A DNA stretch of 64,000 nucleotides from Armatimonadota bacterium (GTDB lineage Bacteria; Armatimonadota; UBA10988): assembly GCA_016235455.1 (NCBI GenBank), contig JACRKZ010000102.1, positions 1-64,000 on the forward strand. Direction: 5' to 3'. Both the position numbers and the translations under genes were made by a program. Numbering within the stretch: the stretch's first letter is position 1; every line of letters begins with the position of its first letter. The notes below the pieces were generated by a model. It was not told the DNA's origin. It searched no databases and was given only the letters and a program-made list of their open reading frames with translations. Below, one piece after another: positions 9,211-19,232 of this stretch.

Positions 9211-10635
9211 CTACGGCGCCCGACGCGGCGACTGCACCGGCGCGCCCTGCGCATAGGACACGCTGCCATGCGGCGCCAACGTGTAGCCGAAGCGCTTGAG
9301 GTACGCCTCGCGCGGTTCGAACCGGTCGCCGATGCGCCGCAGCGCGGCCTGCAGGCGGCCGTCAAGTTCGTCGCACAGCGCCTTCTGGTCCACCAAGTTG
9401 CGCTGCTGATAGGGGTCGGCCAGGTTGTCGAACAGCAACCACGGCCCATCGAGCCGCCGCGCATAGGTGTACTGGCGCGAGCGGATCATGCGGTACTCAG
9501 GCAGCCGCGCGGTGAACGGCGACACACTCATGACCAGCGCATCGCGGTCCGGCCCGGGCCCTGTGCCGCGCACGACCGGCGCCAGGTTCTCGCCCTCGAC
9601 CGTCCTGGGCACATCGAGCCCGACCAGCCCCAGCAGCGTGGGCAGGACATCCGGCGCATTGATCGGCGTGTCGACCACGCGTGGCGCGACGCCGGGCACG
9701 CGCAGCAGGAACGGCACATGCGCCGCCTCGTCATAGGGCCACTGCTTCTGCGTGGGCGAGACGCCATGCGCGCCCATCATCTCGCCGTGGTCGGAGGTGA
9801 AGACGACGATGGTGTTGCTGGCCAGCCCGCTCTGGTCGAGCATCTCCAGCAGGTCGCCGACGCACTTGTCCAGCGCGGAGCAGTGCCCGTAGTAGCCCAC
9901 CAGCTCGCGCCGCGCGGCCTCGGCGTGCTCGGGCGCGACGTTGGGCGCCAGCTTGAGGTCGTTGGGCGAATACAGCTTGCGGTACTCGGCCGGCGCGGTG
10001 GCATGGGGGAAGTGCGGCGCGCCGTAGCTGAGGAACAGGCAGAACGGCTTGGAGTCGGGCTGTCGCGAACAGACGAAGTCGGTCGCCGCGCGCGTCTGGT
10101 CAAAGGCGTCGTAGCCGTCCCAGAAGCGCTTCTCGGGCGAGTCGTCGGTGTAGTAGTGCGAGTGCGGGTAGTTGTGATCGCATTCCGCGCCGAACCACGT
10201 GGCCCAGCCCTGCCGCCGCGCGGGCGGGATGTAGCTGTCGCGCCCATGCCCATCAAGATGCCACTTGCCGATGTAGGCGGTGTCATAGCCGCCCGCGGCC
10301 AGCGTCTCGGCCAGGCAGACCTCGCCGTCGGGCAGATACGCGTCGTTGAGGAACATGCCGGTCGAGGTCGGATACCGCCCGGTCATCAGCGCCGCGCGAT
10401 ACGGCGTGCAGACGGGGCAGACGGAGACGGCGTTGGCAAAATGCACGCTCTGGCCGGCGAGGCGGTCGAGGCGCGGGGTCTGCACGTTCGGGTCGCCGGC
10501 ATAGCCCAGGGCCGAGGCGCGCCATTGGTCGACGAGGACGAACAGCACGTTGGGCCGGCGCGCGGGTTGGGCTCGCAGCGCGGGTGCGGCCAGCGCGGCT
10601 GCGCCAGCGCTCTGGAGGAGTTGGCGGCGGTTCAT
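9211..10635 (-). CDS. Sulfatase, Tat-exported
   Basis: MNRRQLL leader, PNVLFVLVDQ, CTPYR, GKWHL, TSDHG. Confidence 0.93.
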   Translation of the reverse strand: MNRRQLLQSAGAAALAAPALRAQPARRPNVLFVLVDQWRASALGYAGDPNVQTPRLDRLAGQSVHFANAVSVCPVCTPYRAALMTGRYPTSTGMFLNDAYLPDGEVCLAETLAAGGYDTAYIGKWHLDGHGRDSYIPPARRQGWATWFGAECDHNYPHSHYYTDDSPEKRFWDGYDAFDQTRAATDFVCSRQPDSKPFCLFLSYGAPHFPHATAPAEYRKLYSPNDLKLAPNVAPEHAEAARRELVGYYGHCSALDKCVGDLLEMLDQSGLASNTIVVFTSDHGEMMGAHGVSPTQKQWPYDEAAHVPFLLRVPGVAPRVVDTPINAPDVLPTLLGLVGLDVPRTVEGENLAPVVRGTGPGPDRDALVMSVSPFTARLPEYRMIRSRQYTYARRLDGPWLLFDNLADPYQQRNLVDQKALCDELDGRLQAALRRIGDRFEPREAYLKRFGYTLAPHGSVSYAQGAPVQSPRRAP

Positions 10636-10640
10636 GGCGA

Positions 10641-12260
10641 CTAGTCCTTCGCATCCGCCGGCGGCTTGCCGAAGGGCAGCACCGGCCCCGCATCCGCCTT
10701 CCACTGCTCGCCCAGCGCCTCCCACCGCGCGGCCATGGCCGTGACGCGGTCGGGCTGGGCGGCGGCCAGGTCCTTCTGCTCGCAGCGGTCGGTCTTCAGG
10801 TCGAACAGCTCCCAGCGGTCCCCACCCTCGCGCGCCGAGACCAGCTTGTAGTCGCCGGCACGCAGCGCGTGGTTGCCCTCGTGGTTGAAATACAGCTCGC
10901 CCGCGCGCGCGCCCTGGTCGCGGCGCAGGCTCGGCGCGAGGCTGTGGCCGGGGAACGGCGGCGCTGCGGCCGGGAGCTGGGACTTGGCGCCGGTCAGCTC
11001 CAGCAGCGTCGGCGCGAGGTCGATGACGTGGCCTACGTCGTGCCTGAGCGAGCCGCGCTCCAGCGCGGCGGCCGGCCAGTGGGCGATGAGGGGCGAGGCA
11101 ATGCCGCCCTCATGCACCCAGATCTTGTGCTTCCGGAACGGCGTGTTGCCGGCCGACGACCAGCTTGGCCCGAGGCACAGATAGGAGCCGCCCGAGCCGG
11201 GCTCGGCCGCGGGATCGTGTCCGTCGCCACGCACCAGAATGGTCGAATCGGTGCCGTTGTCCGAGGCGAACAGGATCAGCGTGTCGTCCCAGGCGCCCAT
11301 GGCCCGCACCTGGTCGAGCACGCGGCCGATCTCGCGGTCCATGCGGTCCACCATGGCCGCGTGGATGGCCATCTTGGTCGCCTGGAAGTGCTTCTGCTCG
11401 TCGTTGAGCCGGGCCCAGGGCAGGGTCTTCTCCGTCTCGCCGGGGCCCAGGTTGCGCAGGAACTCGGGCTTGAGGTAGCGCGGCTCAAACGACTCGTCCA
11501 ACGGCGCCAGATCGCAGTCGACGATGCCCATCTCGCGCTGCATTCGCCAGCGTCGGTCACGCACGGCATCCCAGCCTTCCAGGTAGCGGTCACGGTACCG
11601 CGCGATGTCCTCAGGCGGCGCCATGAGCGGGAAGTGCGGCTCGGTGAAGGCCAGGTAGGAGAAGAACGGCTGCTCCGCAAAGTGCTCCGCGTGGTCGCGC
11701 AGGCAGTCGATGGCGTGGTCGGCGAAGGCCGTGGCGGTGTAGTAGGCGCCGCCCCGGTCCACCGGCGGCAAGGGCTTGTCGTCGCGGCGGTGCAGTTTGG
11801 GGTAGAACTTGCGGTCGTGGTCGTCGAGCACGTAGGAATGGTCGAACCCGCCGTCGGCGCAGGGCTTGGGCGCGCCGTTGACGTGCCATTTGCCGCTGTG
11901 ATAGCAGCGATAGCCCGCGGGCCGCAGATGGTGCGGCAGCAGCCGGGCCCAGGCGGGCAGCCGGCCTTGGGGCGGGTCCATGTGCAGTTGCTGCGGGTAG
12001 TAGCCGGTGAGCAGCGCGCTACGCGTGGGCCAGCAGCGGGCCGTGCTGTAGAACTGCGTGAAGCGCACGCCGCCACGCGCCAGAGCGTCCAGCCGTGGCG
12101 TGGCGATCTCGCTGCCGTAGCAGCCGATGTCCGAGAAGCCGAGGTCGTCGGCCAGGACCAGGAGGACGTTGGTGCGTCGCGGCCGCTGGCCCGCGGCGCG
12201 CGGGATGCCCAACGCCATCGTGCCGGCGGCGCTGGTCTGCATGAAATCGCGTCGGTTCAT
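10641..12260 (-). CDS. Arylsulfatase, Tat-exported
   Basis: MNRRDF leader, ADDLGFSD, CWPTR, GKWH, SDNG. Confidence 0.93.
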   Translation of the reverse strand: MNRRDFMQTSAAGTMALGIPRAAGQRPRRTNVLLVLADDLGFSDIGCYGSEIATPRLDALARGGVRFTQFYSTARCWPTRSALLTGYYPQQLHMDPPQGRLPAWARLLPHHLRPAGYRCYHSGKWHVNGAPKPCADGGFDHSYVLDDHDRKFYPKLHRRDDKPLPPVDRGGAYYTATAFADHAIDCLRDHAEHFAEQPFFSYLAFTEPHFPLMAPPEDIARYRDRYLEGWDAVRDRRWRMQREMGIVDCDLAPLDESFEPRYLKPEFLRNLGPGETEKTLPWARLNDEQKHFQATKMAIHAAMVDRMDREIGRVLDQVRAMGAWDDTLILFASDNGTDSTILVRGDGHDPAAEPGSGGSYLCLGPSWSSAGNTPFRKHKIWVHEGGIASPLIAHWPAAALERGSLRHDVGHVIDLAPTLLELTGAKSQLPAAAPPFPGHSLAPSLRRDQGARAGELYFNHEGNHALRAGDYKLVSAREGGDRWELFDLKTDRCEQKDLAAAQPDRVTAMAARWEALGEQWKADAGPVLPFGKPPADAKD

Positions 12261-13213
12261 GGTTGCTCCACCAGTTCGGCGATGCCGATACCGCATTCAC
12301 CTGCCACCGAGTACAGCAGGTAGACTTGGCCGTCCGTGTCCACGAAGATAGCCGGGTCGCGCAGGGCGTTCTCGGGCCCATTGACCGCCCCAGAGGCGGA
12401 CTTGCGGAGCGGCAGGTCGGCGCCCTCCCACGGTCGCTCGGGGCGCAGGACCTCTTCCGAGTCGCCCGCGCGCCACTGCCGCCAGTCGCTGCTCAGCGCC
12501 AGCTTGCGCCGCAGAACGCGCTCCGGCGCATCGCCTATGTTGGTGTAGTAGACCCACAGCGTCTCGTCCACGCGATGCAACGCCACATGCCGCGGGCCAG
12601 CGCTGTTGGCCTGCTCGTCGCGACCGTCGCTGTCGGGCAGCGGGTTGCCGCCTTGGACGAACCCGGTCAGGCCGTCGTCCGAGCGGTACATCCGGCCGCC
12701 CTTGGCCATGGCGTACCAGGCGTCCTGCCACGGGAAGGCGCGGAAGTAGAACAGCCCCAACGGCTCCGGCCCGGCCTTGAAGGTCAGGCCGTCGGACGAA
12801 CGCGCCGCAAACGACATCTGGCCGCCGCCGCCCTTGGCCGGGCCATGGAAATAGAGCCGGATCTCCTGGCGCAACCCATCCACGTGGGCATCGGGCGAGG
12901 CGATGTGGCCCGAGCAGCCGGGCGCATCTCGTAGCGCGAGCACGCCCGGCTCATGGATGCGCCAGGGGCCGGCCAGCGCATCGGCGTAGGCCAGTCGAAT
13001 GTACTTTCCGTTGTGATGCGCGAAGTACAGGTAGTACCGGCCCAGCCGGCCTGGCAGCCAGTCGGGCACGCGCACGAGCGATGGGCCGTTGATGTTGGCG
13101 CCATCCTTGCCCGGCAGCATGTCGGGGCGGATGATCGGCGCGTCGGTCAGTCGCCGCGCGGCCGGCGCGGCCGCGGTGGCCAGCACGTTGGCGGCAAGCA
13201 GGACCGACACCAT
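12257..13213 (-). CDS. Secreted five-bladed beta-propeller protein (GH32/43/130-like fold)
   Basis: NINGPS, YYLYFAHH, HIASPD and LRDPAIF..YLLYS motifs; ATGA overlap with the downstream sulfatase. Confidence 0.7.
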   Translation of the reverse strand: MVSVLLAANVLATAAAPAARRLTDAPIIRPDMLPGKDGANINGPSLVRVPDWLPGRLGRYYLYFAHHNGKYIRLAYADALAGPWRIHEPGVLALRDAPGCSGHIASPDAHVDGLRQEIRLYFHGPAKGGGGQMSFAARSSDGLTFKAGPEPLGLFYFRAFPWQDAWYAMAKGGRMYRSDDGLTGFVQGGNPLPDSDGRDEQANSAGPRHVALHRVDETLWVYYTNIGDAPERVLRRKLALSSDWRQWRAGDSEEVLRPERPWEGADLPLRKSASGAVNGPENALRDPAIFVDTDGQVYLLYSVAGECGIGIAELVEQP

Positions 13214-13283
13214 GGATGAAGCGGTCACGCCGAGCCCTCCATACGATGCCAAGGCGGGTTCGCCGGCGCGGCGCCGGGACCTC

Positions 13284-14780
13284 CTACGGCCGCGTCTTCG
13301 GCGTGTTGCGGCACCACTCGATCTTCGCCGCCAGCTCGGCGACGATCTCGGGGTGGTCGGCGGCGACGTTGCGGGTCTCGCCGATGTCGTCCTTCAGGTT
13401 GTACAGCGTGCCCGGCTTGGGATGGCCCGGTCCGACGATCAGCTTCCAGTCGCCGCGCTTGAGCGCCAGCGGGTTGCCGCCGTTGTTCTGGCTGAGCAGC
13501 CACTCGCGGCCGGTCCGGCTCTCGCCCAGCAGCGCGGGCAGCACGTTGAGGCTGTCGGGCGCGTCGTTGTCGGCCAGCTTGGCGCCGACCAGCGCCGACA
13601 GGCTGGCACAGAAGTCCACCTGGCTGACCACGGCATCGCTCACGCCCGGCTTGACCCGCGCCGGCCAGCGCACGATGAACGGCTCGCGTGTGCCGCCCTC
13701 AAGCACCGTGTACTTGCCGCCGCGGAACGGGCCGGCGGGCTTGTGGTCGCCCAGCTTCTCCACGGCGCCGTCGCGGTAGCCATCGTCCAGCACGGGGCCG
13801 TTGTCCGAAGACAGGATGACCAGCGTGTTGTCGCTCAGACCGAGCCGCTCGAGCGCGTCCAGCAGCGTGCCCACGCAGGCGTCGAACTCGACGATGGCGT
13901 CGCCGCGCGGGCCCATGGTCGTCGCGCCCTGGAAGCGGGGATGCGGCACGCGCGGCACATGGATGTCGTGTGTGGCGAAGTACAGGAAGAACGGCTTGGT
14001 CCGGTTGCGCTCCATGAACTCGACGCCCTTCGCGGTGAAGGTGTCGGCCATGTCCTCGTCCTTCCACTGCGCCGCGCGACCGCCTCTGTACCAGCCGATG
14101 CGGCCGATGCCGTTAACCACGCCCATGTTGTGGCCGGCGCTCCAGTCCATCTTGAGGTGGTCGCGCTCGCTGACGCCGGTCGGCTCGCCGGGGAACGGCT
14201 GCTTGTAGCTGACCTGCAGCGGGTCGTCGGCGACCAGACCCACGACCCGCTGGTTCTCGACGAACACGCAGGGCACGCGGTCGCCGGTGGCGGCCATGAC
14301 GAACGAGTAGTCGAAGCCGACCTCACGCGGGCCGGGCTTGATCTCGGCGTTCCAGTCCAGTGTCTGGCCGTCGCCCAGGCCCAGATGCCACTTGCCCACG
14401 GCCCCGGTGGCGTAGCCGGCCTGTTTGAGCAGCGCCGGCAGGTTGGAGCGGTCGGTGGGCACAATGAGTGCGGCGTCGCCCGGCAGCACGCCGGTACCGC
14501 GGCGCCGGAAGGCATACTCGCCCGACAGCAGCGAGTAGCGCGACGGCGTGCAGGTGGCCGCGGGACAGTGGCCGGCAGTGAAACGCAGACCTTGGCGCGC
14601 CAGACGGTCGATGTTCGGCGTCTTGACCGCGACCGCGCCGTTACAGCCCACATCGCCATAGCCCAGGTCGTCGGCGTACAGGATGACGATGTTCGGCCTC
14701 GTCTCGGCGCTGTGCAGGCGCGAAGCCAGCAGCGTGGCGGCGCTCAGACCGGCTGCGCCAAGGAAGTTGCGGCGGTCCAT
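13284..14780 (-). CDS. Arylsulfatase, Tat-exported
   Basis: MDRRNF leader, ADDLGYGD, CTPSR, GKWHLG, SDNGP. Confidence 0.93.
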   Translation of the reverse strand: MDRRNFLGAAGLSAATLLASRLHSAETRPNIVILYADDLGYGDVGCNGAVAVKTPNIDRLARQGLRFTAGHCPAATCTPSRYSLLSGEYAFRRRGTGVLPGDAALIVPTDRSNLPALLKQAGYATGAVGKWHLGLGDGQTLDWNAEIKPGPREVGFDYSFVMAATGDRVPCVFVENQRVVGLVADDPLQVSYKQPFPGEPTGVSERDHLKMDWSAGHNMGVVNGIGRIGWYRGGRAAQWKDEDMADTFTAKGVEFMERNRTKPFFLYFATHDIHVPRVPHPRFQGATTMGPRGDAIVEFDACVGTLLDALERLGLSDNTLVILSSDNGPVLDDGYRDGAVEKLGDHKPAGPFRGGKYTVLEGGTREPFIVRWPARVKPGVSDAVVSQVDFCASLSALVGAKLADNDAPDSLNVLPALLGESRTGREWLLSQNNGGNPLALKRGDWKLIVGPGHPKPGTLYNLKDDIGETRNVAADHPEIVAELAAKIEWCRNTPKTRP

Positions 14781-14836
14781 GGGCTCGGCTCCCAGCCCCA
14801 TGGTACACGAGCGGAGGGTCCGTCGGCAACGCTTGC

Positions 14837-15487
14837 TCAGACCGGCCAGCGCAGCAGGCCGTCGCGCACGCGGCAGCGGTTGGCGTTGTCCCAGGCGATG
14901 CGCCCGTCGACCCAGCCGCCCGTCGCATCGCGGTAGTTCATCACCGAGCGCTCGGGCAGCCGGGTGTCGTCGAGGTCCACCGCGCCGAACCAGTGGCTCA
15001 TCTCGTGGCAGAGCAGGCCGGTGGTGTAGACGTCGGTCGGCTCATGCACCTGCGCCTTGAACAGCAGCCGCGGCCAGGAGGCCATGCCGCCCCAGTTGAT
15101 GTCAGGCCGCGCGGCGACGGCGATGAGGCAGTTGGCGCGCGACCCATGCGGCACGCCGCGGGGCACGTTGTCACGGTACACGGTGGCCAGCCGCGTTGGC
15201 CCGTCGGGCAGCGTCCAGCGGCCGGTGCCGGCCACCGACACCTCCACGCGCCGGCCGGGATAGGCCAACTGGAACTGGCGCGCCGCCAGGTACAACCACT
15301 CGTTGAGCCGCGCCCGGCCGTTGCCCGCCAGCGCGCCGAAACGCGGCTCGAAGTGCTGGTCGACCACCACGAAGGCGGCAATGCGCACCGGCGGCGTGGT
15401 GGCGACGGCGCGGGCAGGCGGCCGCGTGCAGCCGGCCAGAAGCGCTGCGCCGGCCACGGCCAACCATCGGTATCGTGCCGTGCCCAT
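14837..15487 (-). CDS. Lipoprotein with a metzincin-like zinc metallopeptidase motif
   Basis: Lipobox LLAGC; HEMSHWFGAVD followed by an SVM Met-turn. Confidence 0.7.
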   Translation of the reverse strand: MGTARYRWLAVAGAALLAGCTRPPARAVATTPPVRIAAFVVVDQHFEPRFGALAGNGRARLNEWLYLAARQFQLAYPGRRVEVSVAGTGRWTLPDGPTRLATVYRDNVPRGVPHGSRANCLIAVAARPDINWGGMASWPRLLFKAQVHEPTDVYTTGLLCHEMSHWFGAVDLDDTRLPERSVMNYRDATGGWVDGRIAWDNANRCRVRDGLLRWPV

Positions 15488-15530
15488 GCTCGGCTGTGAC
15501 TCGCGGTGGCGACGACGTTACGCGGCGGTG

Positions 15531-16913
15531 CTACGGTCTCACGCCCACCTGCGCCCGCTCGCCGATGAGCAGCGGCCAGTCGCACACCGGCACGCGCCAC
15601 TTCAGCGTGCCGTGCGGGCCCGCCTCGGCCGGCGCCGACCAGACTGTCTGGCGGATGGGATCGATGAGCACCGGCTGGCGCGGGCGCAGCGCTGTCGGCA
15701 GCCAGGCCGTGAGCTGCCCGGCGACCGGCGGCAGCGGGTTCATCACGTCCTGGGCGCGCCAGAAGGCCAGCAGCGGGCCGCGCTCGGTGCCAAAGGCCAC
15801 GGTGCGGGCGTCGGTGCCGGGCTGGAGCACGGCGTTGATGGACGCGTCGACGCTGATCTCGCCGGCCAGCAGCGTGCAGAGCGACTGCGCGGCGAGGAAG
15901 GCGGGCTTGCGGCGCATCTCCTTGCCGCCCAGCAGGCCGAAGTAGTATTCGCGCTCCACGTACTCGTTCTTGATGATGTAGAACTGAAAATCAGCGATGT
16001 GGAAGAACGCGGACAGGGCGGCGCCGTTTTGCAGGTCGAGCAGCGCGCGGCGTGCGTCCCACACCGCCTGGCGGTCCTCGTCGAACTCGCAGTCGGCCAG
16101 CGCCTGGCCGGCCACCGCCTTGGACGGCGCGCCGGATTCGCCCTGCCACAGCGGCAGGCCCGGCCGGTAGCGCTCGACCAGCGCGCGCAGCGTGGGCTGG
16201 AGCGGCTCGTAGCGCGGCTCGGGCGTGGGTGTGTAGATGTGGTAGGAGAAGGCGTCGATGTGCTCGCCCATGCCGGCCTCGAAGCAGCCCTGCACCCACT
16301 CGAACCCGTTGTGGCCCAGCGCCATGGCCGTGGCGCCACCGACCACCTGCACGCCGGGATGGCCCTGGCGCAGCGCCGGTGCGGTCAGCTTGACCAGTTC
16401 GGCGTAGTCGGCGGGCGACGGGTCGTAGGGCGTCCAGAAGGGCTTGATGTCCGGCTCGTTCCAAACCTCGTAGTAGCGCACGCGGCCAGCATAATGGGCC
16501 GCCAGCGCGGTGCAGAAGGCGGCCCACCCCGCGCGCGCCGCGGGCTCGCGCACGGGCGTCCAGCCGACGGCGGTGGGATGCGGCGCGTCCGGCGTGTAGA
16601 GCTGGTTGCCATAGCCGACGTTGAACCACGGCTCGATGCCCACCGCGATGAGCTTGTCGACGATGTCGTCCAGCCAGCCGAAGTCGTAGACGCCCGGCTG
16701 CGTCTCGCAGCGGCCCCAGCCGGTCTGCACGCGAGCCCACTTGGCGCCGAGTTCGGCCAGATGAGGCAAGGCTGGGTCGAGCTGCCACATGCCGCGGTCG
16801 AGGGTCTCCACGCCGATCGAGAAGCGGCTGCTCGCGATGTCGTCAGCGCGCCGCGTGGCCAGCAGGCCCAGTGGCGTCAGGTTCAGCTCGGAGGCCAGGT
16901 GGTCCAGGTTCAT
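15531..16913 (-). CDS. Clan GH-A glycoside hydrolase (GH39/GH5-like)
   Basis: GAKWARVQTGW, YDFGWLD, EVWNEPD acid/base, WQGESG nucleophile. Confidence 0.85.
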   Translation of the reverse strand: MNLDHLASELNLTPLGLLATRRADDIASSRFSIGVETLDRGMWQLDPALPHLAELGAKWARVQTGWGRCETQPGVYDFGWLDDIVDKLIAVGIEPWFNVGYGNQLYTPDAPHPTAVGWTPVREPAARAGWAAFCTALAAHYAGRVRYYEVWNEPDIKPFWTPYDPSPADYAELVKLTAPALRQGHPGVQVVGGATAMALGHNGFEWVQGCFEAGMGEHIDAFSYHIYTPTPEPRYEPLQPTLRALVERYRPGLPLWQGESGAPSKAVAGQALADCEFDEDRQAVWDARRALLDLQNGAALSAFFHIADFQFYIIKNEYVEREYYFGLLGGKEMRRKPAFLAAQSLCTLLAGEISVDASINAVLQPGTDARTVAFGTERGPLLAFWRAQDVMNPLPPVAGQLTAWLPTALRPRQPVLIDPIRQTVWSAPAEAGPHGTLKWRVPVCDWPLLIGERAQVGVRP

Positions 16914-16916
16914 CGC

Positions 16917-17780
16917 TCACTCCTTGTCCAGCCGGCCGAAGCAGCTCTGCGCCGCGGCCAGGTAATCGAATCCCGCCGAGCCGCGCAGTCCGTGCATGAC
17001 CAGCGCCCAGCAGCCCTCAAACAGCGTGACCACCGAGGTGATGCGCGCGGCGCTGGCCAGTTCGTCCTCGCGGTAGCCGCATTCGACCAGGAAGGCCCGC
17101 TTGACCGCGTCGTCCCAGCCGGCCGACCAACTCAGCGTGGCCACGTCGTACAGCCCGTCACCCAAGCCGCCGAACTCCCAGTCGACCAGCCACAGGCGTT
17201 CGCCGTCGTCCATGAAGTTGTTGGTCCACAGGTCGTTGTGGCAGAGGCAAGGAGCGAATCCAGCGGACGCGCGGCGCTCGTCCTCGAAGGCTACCGCGCG
17301 GTCGCGATGGGCCAGCAGGTCCGGCGTGACGGCCAGGCCAAGCGCGCGGGCGCTGGCCAGCAGTGCGTCGATACGGTCCGTCACCCGGCCGTTGGCGGCC
17401 ACGGCGCCGATGCCGCGCAGGCGCCGCAGCACATCGGCCAGGCGTGCGCGATTGGCCTCGTCGGCGAAGTCCTCGGCACGCCAGTGCCGGCCGTCGATCC
17501 AAGCCAGCAGGTGATTGCCGCGGGCATCGCTCCAGATCACCTCGGGCGACACGCCAGCCGCGGCGGCGGCGTGCGCGGCGGCCTCCTCCTCGGCGCGACG
17601 AATGCCCAGGTGGCGCCCGTGATCCGAGGCCAGCCGCAGCAGGTATGTCCGGCCATCGGCGTCGACGCGGAAGTTGTGGTTGTTGAGCATGACCACATCG
17701 TGCAGCGGCTGCACCGCCACGGCGCGCGCCGCGCGCAGCGCGGGGATGGTCGAGGCCAGGGCCTGGGCTGCGTTGAGCAT
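16917..17780 (-). CDS. Choline/ethanolamine kinase-like phosphotransferase (APH family)
   Basis: CHNDL..NN and LVDWEFGG motifs. Confidence 0.88.
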   Translation of the reverse strand: MLNAAQALASTIPALRAARAVAVQPLHDVVMLNNHNFRVDADGRTYLLRLASDHGRHLGIRRAEEEAAAHAAAAAGVSPEVIWSDARGNHLLAWIDGRHWRAEDFADEANRARLADVLRRLRGIGAVAANGRVTDRIDALLASARALGLAVTPDLLAHRDRAVAFEDERRASAGFAPCLCHNDLWTNNFMDDGERLWLVDWEFGGLGDGLYDVATLSWSAGWDDAVKRAFLVECGYREDELASAARITSVVTLFEGCWALVMHGLRGSAGFDYLAAAQSCFGRLDKE

Positions 17781-17789
17781 GGTCTGCTC

Positions 17790-19232
17790 CTAAGCCGGCG
17801 TCAGCTTCACCAGCACCACGCCGTGCGGCGGCACGTCGGCGGCGAAATCGTCGTGGCGCTCGCCCAGATCGGCCTGCCGCCACAGGTCGCGCACCTGCTG
17901 CGGCCCGGTCAGGCCCAGCTCGCTCCAGGCCACGCCCACGCGCACGGTGCTGTCTCCCACGTTGAACAGGCCCACGGCGCGCGTGCCGTCGGCCAGTTCC
18001 TTGACCAGCACCTCGCCGCTGCCGCGCGGCTCCAGGTCATAGGCCTGGTGACCCAGCTCATCCTGGTCCAGCGCCAGCACCTCGTCGTTGGTCAGCAGAC
18101 CCAGGGTGAACGCGTCGAGCCGCTCGGGCGGACAACCGATGATCAACGGCGCCGACCACAGGCACCACAGGCTCACGTGGCTGTATTGCTCATCGGCCGT
18201 CAGCCGGGTCGGCCGCAACGGCTGCAGGTCCCAGCCGCCGAGCAGGCCCACGCGCAGCGGGCACGGCATGTTCCAGTGGCCGGGCCGGTTGTAGGCCTGC
18301 CAGGCGCGATGGCCGAGCCAGATGTCGCGCACGCCGAGCGCCCAGCGCCGTTTGTCGTCGTCGAGTTGCGAGCGATCCCAGACGTCGACGATGTCGCCCG
18401 TGGTGCGGCACATCGACGCGATCTCGGTGTAGGCCGTTGCCTCGGCCAGTGGCGCGCTGTTGGAGAGTTCCAGGACGATATCGCGCCCGGAGTCGCGCAA
18501 CGCGTTGCCCATGGATCGCGCCAGATCGACACTGTCGATGAGCCAGTCGTACTTGAAGTAGTCAAAACCCCAGGCGGCCACCTGCTGGGCGTCGGTCTGG
18601 TCGAACAGATGCCGGCCGCAGCGCCAGCCGGCGTGGACGGGCGTGCTCGGCTGCCAGGCGCCGCTGGGCTCGTCGCTGGAACCGCCGCAGAAGCCCGCGT
18701 AGCTGCTGACCCAGGGCGTCGAGTAGGTGCCCACCTTGAGGCCCAGACGATGCAGGTCGGCGCACAGCCGCGCCGGGTCGCCGAACTTGTCGTTCGGCTG
18801 GAGCGCGCCGTCGCGGTGGCCCTGCCAGCCGTCGTCGATGTTGACATAGCAGTAGCCGTGCTCGGCCAGGCCTGTGTCGAACAGGGCCTGGGCACCCTCG
18901 CGCACGTTGGCCTCGGTGACCGCCGGCCCCCAGCCGCCCCAGGTGTTGAAGCCCATGGGCGGCGTCAGCGCGAAGTCGATGCCGATGACGATGCGCAGTG
19001 GCTTCTCGGCGCGGCCGTGGGCGTTCTCGGCATGCAGGACCACGTGGTACGTGCCCACCGCGCCGGTCGTGCCGCTGATGACGCCGCTGGCAGCATCGAG
19101 CGCGAGCCCCGGCGGCAGGCCATCGGCGCCGAACGTCATCGGCCGCTCGCCGACCGCGGCGATGTGGAACAGGAGCGGGCTGCCGGGCCGCGCGCCGTAG
19201 ACCGCGGCGGTGTTCAGGCGGGGTTCGCTCAT
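17790..19232 (-). CDS. GH27 alpha-galactosidase with N-terminal Ig-like domain
   Basis: LPPGLALD..SGVISG Ig repeat; TPPMGFNTW, NIDDGWQ, FDYFKYDW. Confidence 0.92.
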   Translation of the reverse strand: MSEPRLNTAAVYGARPGSPLLFHIAAVGERPMTFGADGLPPGLALDAASGVISGTTGAVGTYHVVLHAENAHGRAEKPLRIVIGIDFALTPPMGFNTWGGWGPAVTEANVREGAQALFDTGLAEHGYCYVNIDDGWQGHRDGALQPNDKFGDPARLCADLHRLGLKVGTYSTPWVSSYAGFCGGSSDEPSGAWQPSTPVHAGWRCGRHLFDQTDAQQVAAWGFDYFKYDWLIDSVDLARSMGNALRDSGRDIVLELSNSAPLAEATAYTEIASMCRTTGDIVDVWDRSQLDDDKRRWALGVRDIWLGHRAWQAYNRPGHWNMPCPLRVGLLGGWDLQPLRPTRLTADEQYSHVSLWCLWSAPLIIGCPPERLDAFTLGLLTNDEVLALDQDELGHQAYDLEPRGSGEVLVKELADGTRAVGLFNVGDSTVRVGVAWSELGLTGPQQVRDLWRQADLGERHDDFAADVPPHGVVLVKLTPA